Notes: a model not told the origin generated them from the sequence alone. DNA of 64,000 nucleotides from Candidatus Eiseniibacteriota bacterium (GCA_963792585.1 CAWBWI010000006.1:64001-128000), one strand, 5' to 3'. Positions 51,176-61,069 are shown, counted from the first letter of the stretch. Numbers and translations are program-made.

Positions 51176-52665
51176 GATGTTTCCCTCCGTCCTGCAATGC
51201 GCCTGAGGATCTGGCCAAGCTTACCCCAAGCCACGGATACCTCCTCTTTCGTCAAGACACCAGAACCCAGAAGCAACACCGGATACAGAAGTAGCACACC
51301 GCACTGGATGGCCAGGTTCGGGAACAGCCGATCCTGTGAAAGCACCGCGCCGGTCATATAGAGACAACAAGCAATTGCCACAATCCTCGCCGCGGCGCCA
51401 CACTCAAACACGACCTTGTCAAGGCGACTGGCAAGAACATACACGAAGGCAGAGCGTCCGAAGTATGTTATAAGGGTCGCGGCACCAGCTCCCCATACTC
51501 CATAATGAGGAATCAGTACAAGGTTGAGCACCAGGTTAGCAACACCAACCGAAACATTGAGATAGGCATAATACTTCGTACGCTTTGCGTAGGTGATAGG
51601 AATAGTAAAATGGTAGTAGAACGCATGTACAATGTGAGCCAATGCAATCAGTGGGACGATGTGACACGCGGCCCAGTAGCGCTCCGGCGTCAGAAGCCTC
51701 ACCAGGTAACGAGCTAGCAAGGAGACGGCCAGTGATACGAATGTCAATATTGCTAGGAAGTACGTGAAGACTCGGGCGAAAGCCTGTTCCACATCTTCAT
51801 GGCCATATCTCTCCAAACGTCGAGGCATCCACACTTGAATGAACGGTGCGGTTAGGAGGCTATGCATCATTGATCCAAGCTTATATCCAAGAGAGTATAG
51901 CCCTGCGTCGGCCAAGGATACGTAGGCCTTTACGAAGTACCGATCGGAGGATATAGCAATCTGACTCCCCAAGGTTGACGGTATCAATGGGAGGCCGAAA
52001 CGCATCATCTCCCTGAAGAGGGTCGTATCGAACCCGATGCCAGTGTGCGCCAAGACCAGAATCGATGCGACGACGCCGGTCACCCCGGAGACAACCAAGG
52101 TTGCTGCGAGCATGCCGAGGCTTCCCCACCCAAAGCTGACGATGAAGAGAATGTTCAGTCCTGTGGTCGCGAGGGTCTGGGTGAGGGAGAAGATTAGGAA
52201 CGTCGTGGAGCGGCGGCGAATACGTAGATACGCCCCAATGATGGCCGTCAGGAACTGCCCCACCATGGATAGGAAGAGCAGAGTGAAGTGGATGGAATAG
52301 GCGCTCGAGTCGAGGAGATTCCTTGCAGCGAAGGGACTCAACAGGCACAGCAAACCACACGACGCAAGGCACACCACCCCCATGCCTAGGATGCTGGTGC
52401 TGGTGACGCGGTTGCGCCACTGCGTGTCTTCCCGATCGAAGTAGAAGCGACTCATCGCCTCGGTCACACCCAAGCCGATGAAGATGGAGAGGATGTTTGC
52501 GATGAAGTAAAGGATTTCCAGCGCGCCATAATCGGCGGGACTCAGATACCGCGTGTAAAGTGGCAAGAGGAGGACCGAAACAGCCTGCCCTAGTATAGTC
52601 GCGAGCCCGAACACGGAGCCGTGCCGAAGGACAAGTTTCGACTCAGTTCGCAGACTCTGTCCCAT
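51172..52665 (-). CDS. wzx: Wzx-type oligosaccharide flippase
   Basis: LLPLYTRYLSPADYG, FGLPLIP, SDRYF, GLYSLGYK; about 12-14 TM segments. Confidence 0.9.
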   Translation of the reverse strand: MGQSLRTESKLVLRHGSVFGLATILGQAVSVLLLPLYTRYLSPADYGALEILYFIANILSIFIGLGVTEAMSRFYFDREDTQWRNRVTSTSILGMGVVCLASCGLLCLLSPFAARNLLDSSAYSIHFTLLFLSMVGQFLTAIIGAYLRIRRRSTTFLIFSLTQTLATTGLNILFIVSFGWGSLGMLAATLVVSGVTGVVASILVLAHTGIGFDTTLFREMMRFGLPLIPSTLGSQIAISSDRYFVKAYVSLADAGLYSLGYKLGSMMHSLLTAPFIQVWMPRRLERYGHEDVEQAFARVFTYFLAILTFVSLAVSLLARYLVRLLTPERYWAACHIVPLIALAHIVHAFYYHFTIPITYAKRTKYYAYLNVSVGVANLVLNLVLIPHYGVWGAGAATLITYFGRSAFVYVLASRLDKVVFECGAAARIVAIACCLYMTGAVLSQDRLFPNLAIQCGVLLLYPVLLLGSGVLTKEEVSVAWGKLGQILRRIAGRRETS

Positions 52666-53307
52666 GGTTTTTGGAGGCAATGGAGATGCGGGAGGCTCCT
52701 CTGATCCAGGGCCTCGGGCCTGCACGCAGGGGGGGCGGCGGCCCGACTGGCCGTTACCTGACTGCTGTCTCTTCCGCAACCACTTCCTCCACCGGGTCCC
52801 TATCCCTCCACGGCCGCACGGGAAAACTTGGGTTGCTCATCCACGTGAGATTTCACGATGGAATCCTGAAGACTGCAAACAATAGTACTCCATGGACACG
52901 GAATCCATGGCCGCGATCTCACTACTACACGCATCATCCGATTGGGCACCCCCTGCCTTTCAGAACCTCGGGCCGGGTGGACAGCGCACGGAACACGCCA
53001 GTTCCTTGTGTCCCGATAACGCAGAATCGGGTTATTGGAAGTCCGTAGTGGCGCTTGCAGGAGGCCGGTGCCATGCACCCTGCCGGAGACTGTCGTGCGC
53101 CCTGCAAGTTCCTGGGCGGAACGGGGCCCTCCGAGGTCACACCACGCGCTCCCACAACTCGCTGCTGCATCGGTAGATCGACTGCTCTAGCCTACCGAGT
53201 CGGCCACCGAATTGGGGAAGGCACGGTTCTGTCAACCAGCGCCCGCAATGGATCACATCGCTTCGCCATCGGGCCGGTGTGGGATGGTTACCCCACTGTC
53301 GCCCCTC

Positions 53308-54270
53308 ATGTCGCCGCACCGCCCCGGTTGCGCTCTCATTCGAGCATTGGCCGCAGTGGCTTTCGGGCTGACCCTTGCGCCCGTGACTTACGGGTCTGCC
53401 CGCGCGGTTGACCCCGCCGCTTTCAACTCCCGTCTGCTAGCGCCCGACCCCGAGTGGCAGGCGATGTGCGGAGCCCGCTCCGTCACCGGGTTGGGGCCTG
53501 CCGCATCCCTTGGGAATCCCGCCGCCGTTGCCGCGCTCGATGGCGGCCGCGCGGCGTATACGCATCTTCAGTGGGCCGGCGGTTTGTCGCGAGAATGGGC
53601 GGGGGCGGGCTGGCCGATCCGCCATGGGGCTGCCCTCTCCCTGGACGCTGCGGTTCTGCACGGGCCCGAATTGCCCGGGTACGATCTTGACGGCACCGCC
53701 ACGGCCTCCTTCCAAGCCATGGAGTGGAATGCAGGCTTGCATACCGCGCTTCCGCTGGGGAAGGGATTGGCGGTCGGGTTCGGCGCACGTCTCTTCCGTC
53801 TCGAGGACCCCGCAGAGCCGCTCACAAGCGTTGGGTTCTCCCTTGGGTTGCAGGCGCGCGGCGTCAGCCGCACTGCTGGAATCGCGCTCACCGATGCCGG
53901 GGCACCGCCGCGGGGAGCACAAGGGAGCTACACGCTCCCGACCCGATGGCGCGCCGGCGTCGAGCAGGAGGCGGCCCAAGGTCGCTTGCTCGTCGCGGCT
54001 TCGGTAGACGGGGGGATCAAGAGCGCCGCCCGAGGTGCCCTCGGCGTCGTGGTCCGGCCGGTCGCCTCGATGGAACTGATGGGTGGCCTCCAGACTGGAT
54101 CCAACGTCGAAGGAGAGTCCCCCGTCAGTTGGGCGACTGGGGCCACGGTGAAGCTTGTTGGGGTCGCGGTCTCGTTCGCCTTTCGACAGGAAGGGACACT
54201 CGGAGCCACAAACATGATCGGGATCCGGCTGGACCCAGGCAGAAGCCGGTCGTCCAGAGCGTTGAAATGA
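53308..54270 (+). CDS. PorV/PorQ (UPF0164)-like outer-membrane beta-barrel protein; start uncertain (53212-53308)
   Basis: AM(C)GA..A..GNPAA..L..YTHLQW, GYDLDG..F, LPTRWRAG, C-terminal LGATNMIGI, resembling PorV/FadL-like barrels. Confidence 0.68.
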   Translation: MSPHRPGCALIRALAAVAFGLTLAPVTYGSARAVDPAAFNSRLLAPDPEWQAMCGARSVTGLGPAASLGNPAAVAALDGGRAAYTHLQWAGGLSREWAGAGWPIRHGAALSLDAAVLHGPELPGYDLDGTATASFQAMEWNAGLHTALPLGKGLAVGFGARLFRLEDPAEPLTSVGFSLGLQARGVSRTAGIALTDAGAPPRGAQGSYTLPTRWRAGVEQEAAQGRLLVAASVDGGIKSAARGALGVVVRPVASMELMGGLQTGSNVEGESPVSWATGATVKLVGVAVSFAFRQEGTLGATNMIGIRLDPGRSRSSRALK

Positions 54271-54395
54271 CTACGCCCTGATTGGGGCCAGCACCCGCCA
54301 TCGGCCCCAATGGTCGAACCGTTTTCCTGTCTCAATTCCAATCAAAGACGTCTAAGGTCCGATGCTCTGCCCTCCTTCCGAAGAATTGCTCGCGG

Positions 54396-55589
54396 TTATG
54401 TGGATGAGGGCGGTTGACCTTGATGCCCTGCGCGTTTCTCCTCCAGGCTCGCCGCGATCCATTCCCGAAGCTGAGATGCCCTTGCCAGCCATGAGTTTGC
54501 TCGTGCGGCGCGGAGCCTCGCTTCTTTCAAGCACGGATCAGGTTCTGCCAGGGCCGCCGAGATCGCTGCGGCAAACCCCTTAGCGCCTTCACCAACGTAG
54601 ACGCCTATTCCTTCGTGCTTGGCCACTTCCGGTAGGGGAGTGCTCACGACCGGCAATCCCAAAGCAAAGTACTCGAGCAACTTCAAAGGATTCACTGCTT
54701 CGGTAAGCCGATTTACTCGAAACGGAATCAGTCCTACATCGAACTGGGCGGCACAAGCCGGGAGATCCTCATAGGGGATGGGTCCCAGTAAGGATACGTT
54801 CCCAAGCCGTTCTAGCTGCGACGTGGGTATCTGGGATGGTCCAATCAGGGCAAAATTCCATTCCGGATGCGACCCGGCCACCTCACCGATGAGATCTAGG
54901 TCTATCCAGGTGTTGATCAGGCCGAAGAACCCGATGATCGGCCTGGGGAGTTCGCGAAGTCTTTCATTAATGCTCCCACGGGCGCCAGCGAAGTGCTCGA
55001 AATCGACCCCATGTGGCAGGTAGCGAATCGACTTGGTGCCCGATTCGCAAGAAGTCAGCTTCTCTGCTGTCGCCACCACCAGGTCTACGTTCGCAATCAA
55101 CTCCTTCTCGGCCTGGCGAAGGTATTCTCGCCTCACTCCTGGGAACTCGGAGAAATCGTCTACTCTATAGTAGATACTCAGATCTTCGCCGATACGTCCT
55201 GTGATATGCGCTAAGAACGGCCAAGTCGTGATGAGGACCCGCTGGGCACCGACCGGTTTGGGTGCGTATCGGGCTAGGCTTCTTAGTATCAACTTCGTGT
55301 TCAAATGCCGTACGAGACCTAGGTGGTTGTAAGGGATCTGCACTGGATTCACGAGTACCATGTTCTCCGGAACTGGTTGGGCACCGCTTTCAACACTTTT
55401 CGTCCAGTCCGCAAGCTTCTGGAACACCCGTCGGACATCGTAGGCACTCAAGGATGGCGGCCGTACTCCGATCATCTGCACCCAAATCAGTCTCGTCTCC
55501 GGAAGGAAATGCTCCAGGATGTGTTTCGCGCTAAAAGGAAGGCCAAACCAGTCGTCAGAGAATACGACGATCTCCAGCTTCTCAGCCAT
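54396..55589 (-). CDS. glycosyltransferase (TuaH-like GT-B)
   Basis: FSDDW, YYRVDDFS, PHGVDFEHF, NPLKLLEYFALGLPVVST. Confidence 0.9.
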   Translation of the reverse strand: MAEKLEIVVFSDDWFGLPFSAKHILEHFLPETRLIWVQMIGVRPPSLSAYDVRRVFQKLADWTKSVESGAQPVPENMVLVNPVQIPYNHLGLVRHLNTKLILRSLARYAPKPVGAQRVLITTWPFLAHITGRIGEDLSIYYRVDDFSEFPGVRREYLRQAEKELIANVDLVVATAEKLTSCESGTKSIRYLPHGVDFEHFAGARGSINERLRELPRPIIGFFGLINTWIDLDLIGEVAGSHPEWNFALIGPSQIPTSQLERLGNVSLLGPIPYEDLPACAAQFDVGLIPFRVNRLTEAVNPLKLLEYFALGLPVVSTPLPEVAKHEGIGVYVGEGAKGFAAAISAALAEPDPCLKEARLRAARANSWLARASQLREWIAASLEEKRAGHQGQPPSST

Positions 55590-55610
55590 CGGGGTACCTC
55601 AGTGCCAACA

Positions 55611-56734
55611 TCATCGGCAGAGCACGCCCCGCATGTGTTCCACGATCCGAAAGGCTGCTCGACCGTCGCCGTACGGATTTCGCATGCTGTTCCAGCGAGA
55701 AGTGCCATGTCCCCCAAGGAGCGCCGCGACCTTCTCGTAGATGTGCATCGCGTCGGTTCCAACCAACTGTGCTGTACCAGTCTCTAACGCCTCCGGACGT
55801 TCGGTAACATCACGCATGACAAGAACCGGCTTCCCAAGCGAGGGCGCCTCCTCCTGGATTCCTCCGGAGTCAGTCAGAATAAGGGTCGAGAGGCTCATCA
55901 GCCTAACGAAGCTCTGGTAGTTCAATGGTTCGATGAGATGGATGTTTCCGGCTCCTCCCAAGAGGCTGTAGACTGGCTCTCTGACGTTTGGGTTAAAGGT
56001 GCACGGGATAGACGAACAATACACTGGGAAAGTCCCTCGCCAGATTGCGTACGGCTTCGCAGATGTTCCGGAAACCCTGACCGAAGCTTTCTCTTCTGTG
56101 CCCGGTAATCAGAACAACTTTCTCAGCCTTAGCGACAACTCGCTCCAGATCACCGAGATTGGGTGGGGCACGTTTGATTTTCTCCATTGTCAGGAGGAGA
56201 GCATCGACTACAGTGTTTCCCGTCACCACGATCCTCCTCTCCTCGATACCCTCTCGAAGAAGCGCCAGTTTGCACCTCTCCGTGGGAGCGAAGTGGTCAT
56301 CGGCAAATATCGATACGAGCCTCCGGTTCACCTCCTCCGGAAAGGGGGCCTGGTTATTGTACGTGCGCAGACCGGCCTCGACATGCCCAACCCGGCTTCC
56401 GCTGTAGAATGCCACCATGCTTCCGGTCATCGCCGTCGTGGTGTCCCCTTGGACGAGGGTCATATCTGGACGGAATTCGGAGATCGACTCCTTCCAGCTT
56501 CGATATCAGTTGCGCTGTGAGACTCGCCAGCGATTGCATCTCTCGCATAACTCCGAATTCGTAATCAATTCGCATTGGAAAGCACTCTAGGACGCTTGCA
56601 GCGAGCTCTCGGTGTTGTCCAGTAAAGCAAATGTGGGTCTCGAAGATGTCGTTCGCGCGCTCTAGCTCATAAACGACGGGGGCAAGCTTGATGATCTCCG
56701 GTCGGGTACCGATGACAATGAGTATTCTCTTCAT
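55611..56734 (-). CDS. wecB: UDP-N-acetylglucosamine 2-epimerase; two single-base frameshifts (near 56480 and 55995)
   Basis: [59 protein letters not shown] spread over three frames. Confidence 0.92.
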
Positions 56735-56829
56735 GCACAATTCTCCGAGTCAAATCCGCTTGAAAACTGATCCCCTTCCTGTGTTTGGTGGGGATGTCCA
56801 ATCAGCCACCACAGAAAAGAACCCATTCG

Positions 56830-57393
56830 GAAGGAGAAGCGAGCAGCCTATTGTGCCTCACCGTGTCAACAGCGCCCTTCGCCTGGGATTCGGCGAGGAG
56901 AGACTCTCCACCTACGCCGGTCTCGAACTCCTCAGCCGACACCCTCGGGATCCTGACTTTAACCATCGGTTCCGGGATGCCTTCCGTGAGATTCCCACAT
57001 AAGGGGATTTCCCGACAACCCCGCTTGTCCGCTTGGTGGTGGCGATGCTTTGGATGGGGGCCCGGCGGTTGCGGGACCAAGAGCCCGCTGGCGGCGAACT
57101 CCGCTCTTTGATCGCTTACGCTGACATGCGGGTCGTCTTGAAATCTCACGCGGCTTCGTTTCTGCGGTCCGACGGTCCTTGCCCAAGGAAGGGACCGTGA
57201 GTCGCTGACCGGGTCGGTTCAACCACAAGTCGATCGAGAAGAGGGTCTTCCATCGCATGGCGAAGAAACACCGGCTCGATCTTCTCTTGCCCAATGAGGG
57301 GATGTATGAGTACTCGGCGGTCACAACCAGTCTGGTTTTCGGCATCTTCAAGCTCTGGAGCTTCATGCTGGACGTGCAGAGCGCGTTCACATG
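56830..57393 (+). pseudogene. IS1380-family transposase remnant
   Basis: RVNSALRLGFGEERLSTYAGLELL (N-terminal) and KRVFHR..LDL..EGMYEYSAVTT (internal); middle deleted. Confidence 0.55.
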
Positions 57394-57416
57394 AGAACCG
57401 CAAGGGAGCCAGAAGA

Positions 57417-57454
57417 GCGAACGCCTGAGGGGACCGGCCCTCTCAGGCGTTCGC
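57417..57454 (-). terminator. intrinsic terminator-like hairpin after PEP-CTERM gene
   Basis: GCGAACGCCTGAG...CTCAGGCGTTCGC stem followed by TCTTCT on the minus strand. Confidence 0.7.
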
Positions 57455-57505
57455 AAGTCGATCTGGACGGGCCGTCGGCCAGTCCGGCCAGGAGAAGTTC
57501 AGGCG

Positions 57506-58231
57506 CTACGCCTGCTTTCTCTTCCTCCAACCCAGTGCCGCGGACAACAGAGCCCCACCAAGAAGCAGCATCGAACTGGGCTCGGGGACATCATTAATGA
57601 AGTCCTGATAGTGGTTGCCGGACTGATTATTGTCGTACCACTCGTATTGCGCGGAGGTCTGGCCGGAGGTGATATCTGCGAGGAACCCTGCGTAGGCCAC
57701 TGCGTCGATGTCACCACCGCTGTTGTACAGGAAGCGGTTCGTCCCGTAGGCAGCCTGCCAGATTGCCATCTGCAAAGCATGCTTCTTCTGTACGGTGTTG
57801 ACCAACGACCCGTACTTGTTCGCCAGGTAGGCGGCCTGCCCAAGACCCGCGGCAGACCGCAAATCGTCTCCGTCGCCCACCGGATTGACCCACGCAGCAG
57901 CACTGCTAGCGCCGTCTGCGTCTGTGTACCGCTCGGCATAGTAGGAATCAGTGGTGCCTGTGTAGTTGAAGAGATCCACGCACCACACGAGACCAAGGTT
58001 GATCACGCCGCCCCCGACGGGGTCCGGGTCGAAGCCGCCGAGCGCAATACCGTTGTTGGCGCCCCTCAGGCCAGCGTCCCAAACGCCATTGTTGGCAGTG
58101 GACCACTTGTAGTCGAATCCACTGATGTTGGACCAAGCAACATTGAAAGTGCCTGTCGTCATTGCCTGAGCCGGGGCAGTGATCCCGGCCAGTACGACGA
58201 CCAAGAAGACTGCGATCACCAACTTCTTCAT
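57506..58231 (-). CDS. PEP-CTERM protein with thioester-like (Cys / QxxxW) domain
   Basis: GGAGG RBS; signal peptide; WCVD and LQMAIW; VPEPSSMLLLGGALLSAALGWRKRKQA. Confidence 0.93.
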   Translation of the reverse strand: MKKLVIAVFLVVVLAGITAPAQAMTTGTFNVAWSNISGFDYKWSTANNGVWDAGLRGANNGIALGGFDPDPVGGGVINLGLVWCVDLFNYTGTTDSYYAERYTDADGASSAAAWVNPVGDGDDLRSAAGLGQAAYLANKYGSLVNTVQKKHALQMAIWQAAYGTNRFLYNSGGDIDAVAYAGFLADITSGQTSAQYEWYDNNQSGNHYQDFINDVPEPSSMLLLGGALLSAALGWRKRKQA

Positions 58232-58312
58232 ATGCCCTCCCGTATCTTACCCTCGAACTCGCGTCAGACTGCTGCCGAGCATGCAAGCTCCGCGTTGGTC
58301 AGTAGTGTCCCA

Positions 58313-58328
58313 AGCAACTGCCGTGCCA
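58313..58328 (-). promoter_or_regulatory. sigma54 -24/-12 promoter
   Basis: Minus strand TGGCACGGCAGTTGCT, a consensus match. Confidence 0.88.
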
Positions 58329-58699
58329 ATGTCTTCCATATGCTGGGAACGTCGACAACTTACTTCTTTCCAAGAGGTTAGACACTGAGTTGAGCGCCCC
58401 CGAGTCGCTCCGCTGGCGCAACCAGGCGCCAAGCGTAAAGCTGGGCGACACCCGCGCCTTCGGACGCTCGTCACCGACTCGATATCCCATTATAAATCAA
58501 TGAGATGAGATCTAAGTTAGGATCGTCGGAGGGGGCATCAGATTTCGGTAGATGTGACAGAGGCAGGAATGCGACACGCGAAGTTTTCTCAGATCCCCTC
58601 AGATCTCGTCCAGGCCTCAGATCCGGCATCCGGGCAAGCGCGCCGAATGACCCCCGCTCAAGAAACCCGCCCCGGCTCCTGTCTCGGGCGCCGCTGGAC

Positions 58700-58716
58700 T
58701 GTCATGTTTGCCGACA
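58700..58716. promoter_or_regulatory. candidate enhancer (TGTC-N7-CCGACA)
   Basis: TGTCATGTTTGCCGACA between two divergent sigma54 promoters. Confidence 0.6.
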
Positions 58717-58912
58717 CTGTCACTTGGCATCTAACCAACGTCAAGACAAGATATTGCCAGGGCGCGAACTGGCCCGGCCGTTCGACCTGAGAGCTTGTCC
58801 CTACGGAACTGCTAATGCCCTTCCCCCTGTCGTCCTGAATCACGGCCAGGGGCGACATCTCTAACTTCTATTTATTCCAGTGAGTTAGCGGAGCTTCCGG
58901 CTCTGATACCCG

Positions 58913-58929
58913 TGGCATGAAGACTGCTA
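58913..58929 (+). promoter_or_regulatory. sigma54 -24/-12 promoter
   Basis: TGGCATGAAGACTGCTA, GG-N10-GC, ~60 bp upstream of ATG 58988. Confidence 0.75.
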
Positions 58930-58987
58930 AGCCCGGGCCTGGAAGGTGGAGGCCATGGGCATGTCTTGCGAGGGAGGTAGGAGCGGA

Positions 58988-59741
58988 ATGAGGGTTACCG
59001 CCGTAGCTCTTGCGCTGGTTTCGTTGCTTGGCTGTTCTGCCGTCGGTTTCCTCCGCTTACTCCAGCACGGTGTGGATGGACTACCTGGAAAATCAGAACC
59101 ACGTCTACGGGAGCTACAAGGTCAACAATATCGACTTCAACGGTTTCTACGCTGGACCCTGGAGCGCCTGGTACGACAACAACGGGGTCAAGGGGGCCTA
59201 CCGAGGCCTGCTGTTTTGCGTGGAGACGACCGTATCGGAACCGGGAGGGGGCAACCTTCACCTTCACCCGTACGACGCTTACGACACGGACAACTACGTC
59301 CCGCCGAATGGCAATGTCTTCGGGATGAAGTGGGCGGCCTATCTCCTGCACAACGTGACCCCCACGCTGGCGAGCAGCGAAAAGAATCGCGCCGCGCTGC
59401 AGCTAGCCATGTGGGAAGCCATCAACGATGGATCCAGCACCTATGCATTCAACCTACGGGACTTTGGCATCAACCGAGGCAAATTCTACGTCAAAGGCAA
59501 CCTCGGGTACTGGGGTGGTGTCGGGTTTGGCGGTGCCGGGTTTAGCTCCAACGACGTCTTCAACCAAGCCGCCTACTACCTGAGCACCTATCAAGGTCAG
59601 GGTCGCGCAAGGTGGTTGCATGATGGCCAGGATCAGATGGAGGACCTCAGGGATGTCCCCGAGCCCGGTTCCCTGATGCTCCTAGGTGGCGCCCTGCTTG
59701 GACCTGCTCTATTGGCGTTGAAGCGCAGGCGCTCCGCCTAG
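58988..59741 (+). CDS. PEP-CTERM protein with thioester-like domain; +1 frameshift in signal peptide near 59030
   Basis: ATG 58988 with AGGAG; MRVTAVALALVSLL joins AVLPSVSSA after removing one base; FCVE and LQLAMW; VPEPGSLMLLGGALLGPALLALKRRRSA. Confidence 0.9.
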
Positions 59742-59764
59742 AGTTCGGCCTTTCTCCTGCCTCG

Positions 59765-59805
59765 TGCCCTCGGGAGCGTCTCGTCGCTCTCAGAGGGCAT
59801 TTCTA
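59765..59805 (+). terminator. intrinsic terminator-like hairpin between convergent genes
   Basis: TGCCCTC-GGGAGCG...CGCTCTC-A-GAGGGCA then TTTCT. Confidence 0.65.
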
Positions 59806-60594
59806 CTGGCGTAACTCTCCGGCCGGAAGCACTTCACGCAGCGCGAACGTGACCGCCATGCAGTCGGCCACGCCGCCCATCGTGAGGTTCATCCGGCGGT
59901 AGTCGTCGTTCAACCCGGTGAGGTAGGCGCGCGGGTCTTTCCCGGCGTCGAGGATCGAAAGCGACGTGGCGCCATCGGCGCGCAGGGTCTCGAGCCCCTT
60001 GGGCCCGCGACGCCGCACCGCCGTCGTGTCGTCGAGGTGGATCATCAGGCGGGCCATGAGGTCGAAGGCGGCAATCGTCGGGTCCCCGGTCGCGCGCAGG
60101 CGCTCCGCATATCCGGGCAGGCCGATCTCGAAGACGGTCGGCAGCCCCGCAAGCGTCTCCGCACGGATCCCACCCCGCCCACTGTCGGGATGCACCCGCT
60201 CGAAGAAGCGGCGCGCGGTTCGCGCGATCTCCCCCCGCAACTCCGCTGCGCTCTTCGGCCTCGCGCACGCGGCCAGGAGCATTACCCCGCTCAGGAAGAT
60301 GTACCCTTTGTGCGCGTTCGTTCCGATCGCGGCGAGCATCCGCGCCTCGGCGGCGCGCCCGATCCGGATCGCGGCATCGAGGCTGCCGGGGTCGTCCCGG
60401 GCGAGCAGTTCTTCGAAGTAGATCGGCAGGAGATCGATCGAGCGGGTCATCCGCTCGTAACTCAGATCGGGGTGCGAGCCGTTGTCGCGCCGGTCGACGA
60501 GACCTGGCTTGGGCGTCAGGTCGAGTTCGCGGCGCGCCCCGGCGACCAGGGCGTCGGCGAGCCTACCCGGATCGAGCCCGCGCGATGAGCCCAC
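59803..60594 (-). CDS. citG: triphosphoribosyl-dephospho-CoA synthase; start uncertain
   Basis: ELDLTPKPGLVD..GSHPD, TNAHKG, GIRAE, DDTT, GGVAD. Confidence 0.88.
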   Translation of the reverse strand: MGSSRGLDPGRLADALVAGARRELDLTPKPGLVDRRDNGSHPDLSYERMTRSIDLLPIYFEELLARDDPGSLDAAIRIGRAAEARMLAAIGTNAHKGYIFLSGVMLLAACARPKSAAELRGEIARTARRFFERVHPDSGRGGIRAETLAGLPTVFEIGLPGYAERLRATGDPTIAAFDLMARLMIHLDDTTAVRRRGPKGLETLRADGATSLSILDAGKDPRAYLTGLNDDYRRMNLTMGGVADCMAVTFALREVLPAGELRQ

Positions 60595-61069
60595 GGACCG
60601 CTTCTTCGAGTTCCTCGGGCGTGTGCCGGCCGACGCGGATGCACTCGAGCGCCGGCTCGGCGCAGACGAGGCAGCGACGCGGGGCGAGCCCGAGCTTCTC
60701 CCGGCTGTAGGCTCTGCCCTTCGCATCGTAGACATCCACATCGAGCAGCCGCCCGCCGCGGACGGCGCCCTCGACGAGCACGGCGGCACGCTTGACCGCG
60801 GCCGGACTGTCGGGGCAGGCGATCCCCGCGTAGGGTCCCAGGCGGCCGCTGCCCTCATCGATCACCTCGCATCCGATGATCAGTTCGCTGAGCATCTCGA
60901 TCGCCCGCTCGACAAGATCCCCGAGTCCGGGTCGGTTCTTCTCCGCTCCCGGGATGTTGGTCGTCACGAAGGCGAGCGCCCCGGGGACCTGCGCCGCCAG
61001 GCCCCGGACGAGCAGCTCCTGCGCCTCGCGCGCGGCGAGGATCTCAGTCCTTGACACGTCGTACGACAT
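60563..61069 (-). CDS. citX: citrate lyase holo-ACP synthase
   Basis: ILAARE, NIPGAEK, GRLLDVDV, RRCLVC..C.R..RH. Confidence 0.88.
   Translation of the reverse strand: MSYDVSRTEILAAREAQELLVRGLAAQVPGALAFVTTNIPGAEKNRPGLGDLVERAIEMLSELIIGCEVIDEGSGRLGPYAGIACPDSPAAVKRAAVLVEGAVRGGRLLDVDVYDAKGRAYSREKLGLAPRRCLVCAEPALECIRVGRHTPEELEEAVRGLIARARSG

Noticed and set aside
52985..53000. Possible sigma54 site TGGCGTGTTCCGTGC upstream of the flippase
   Set aside because: Correct spacing but weak match, ~320 bp from the start, and no enhancer box nearby
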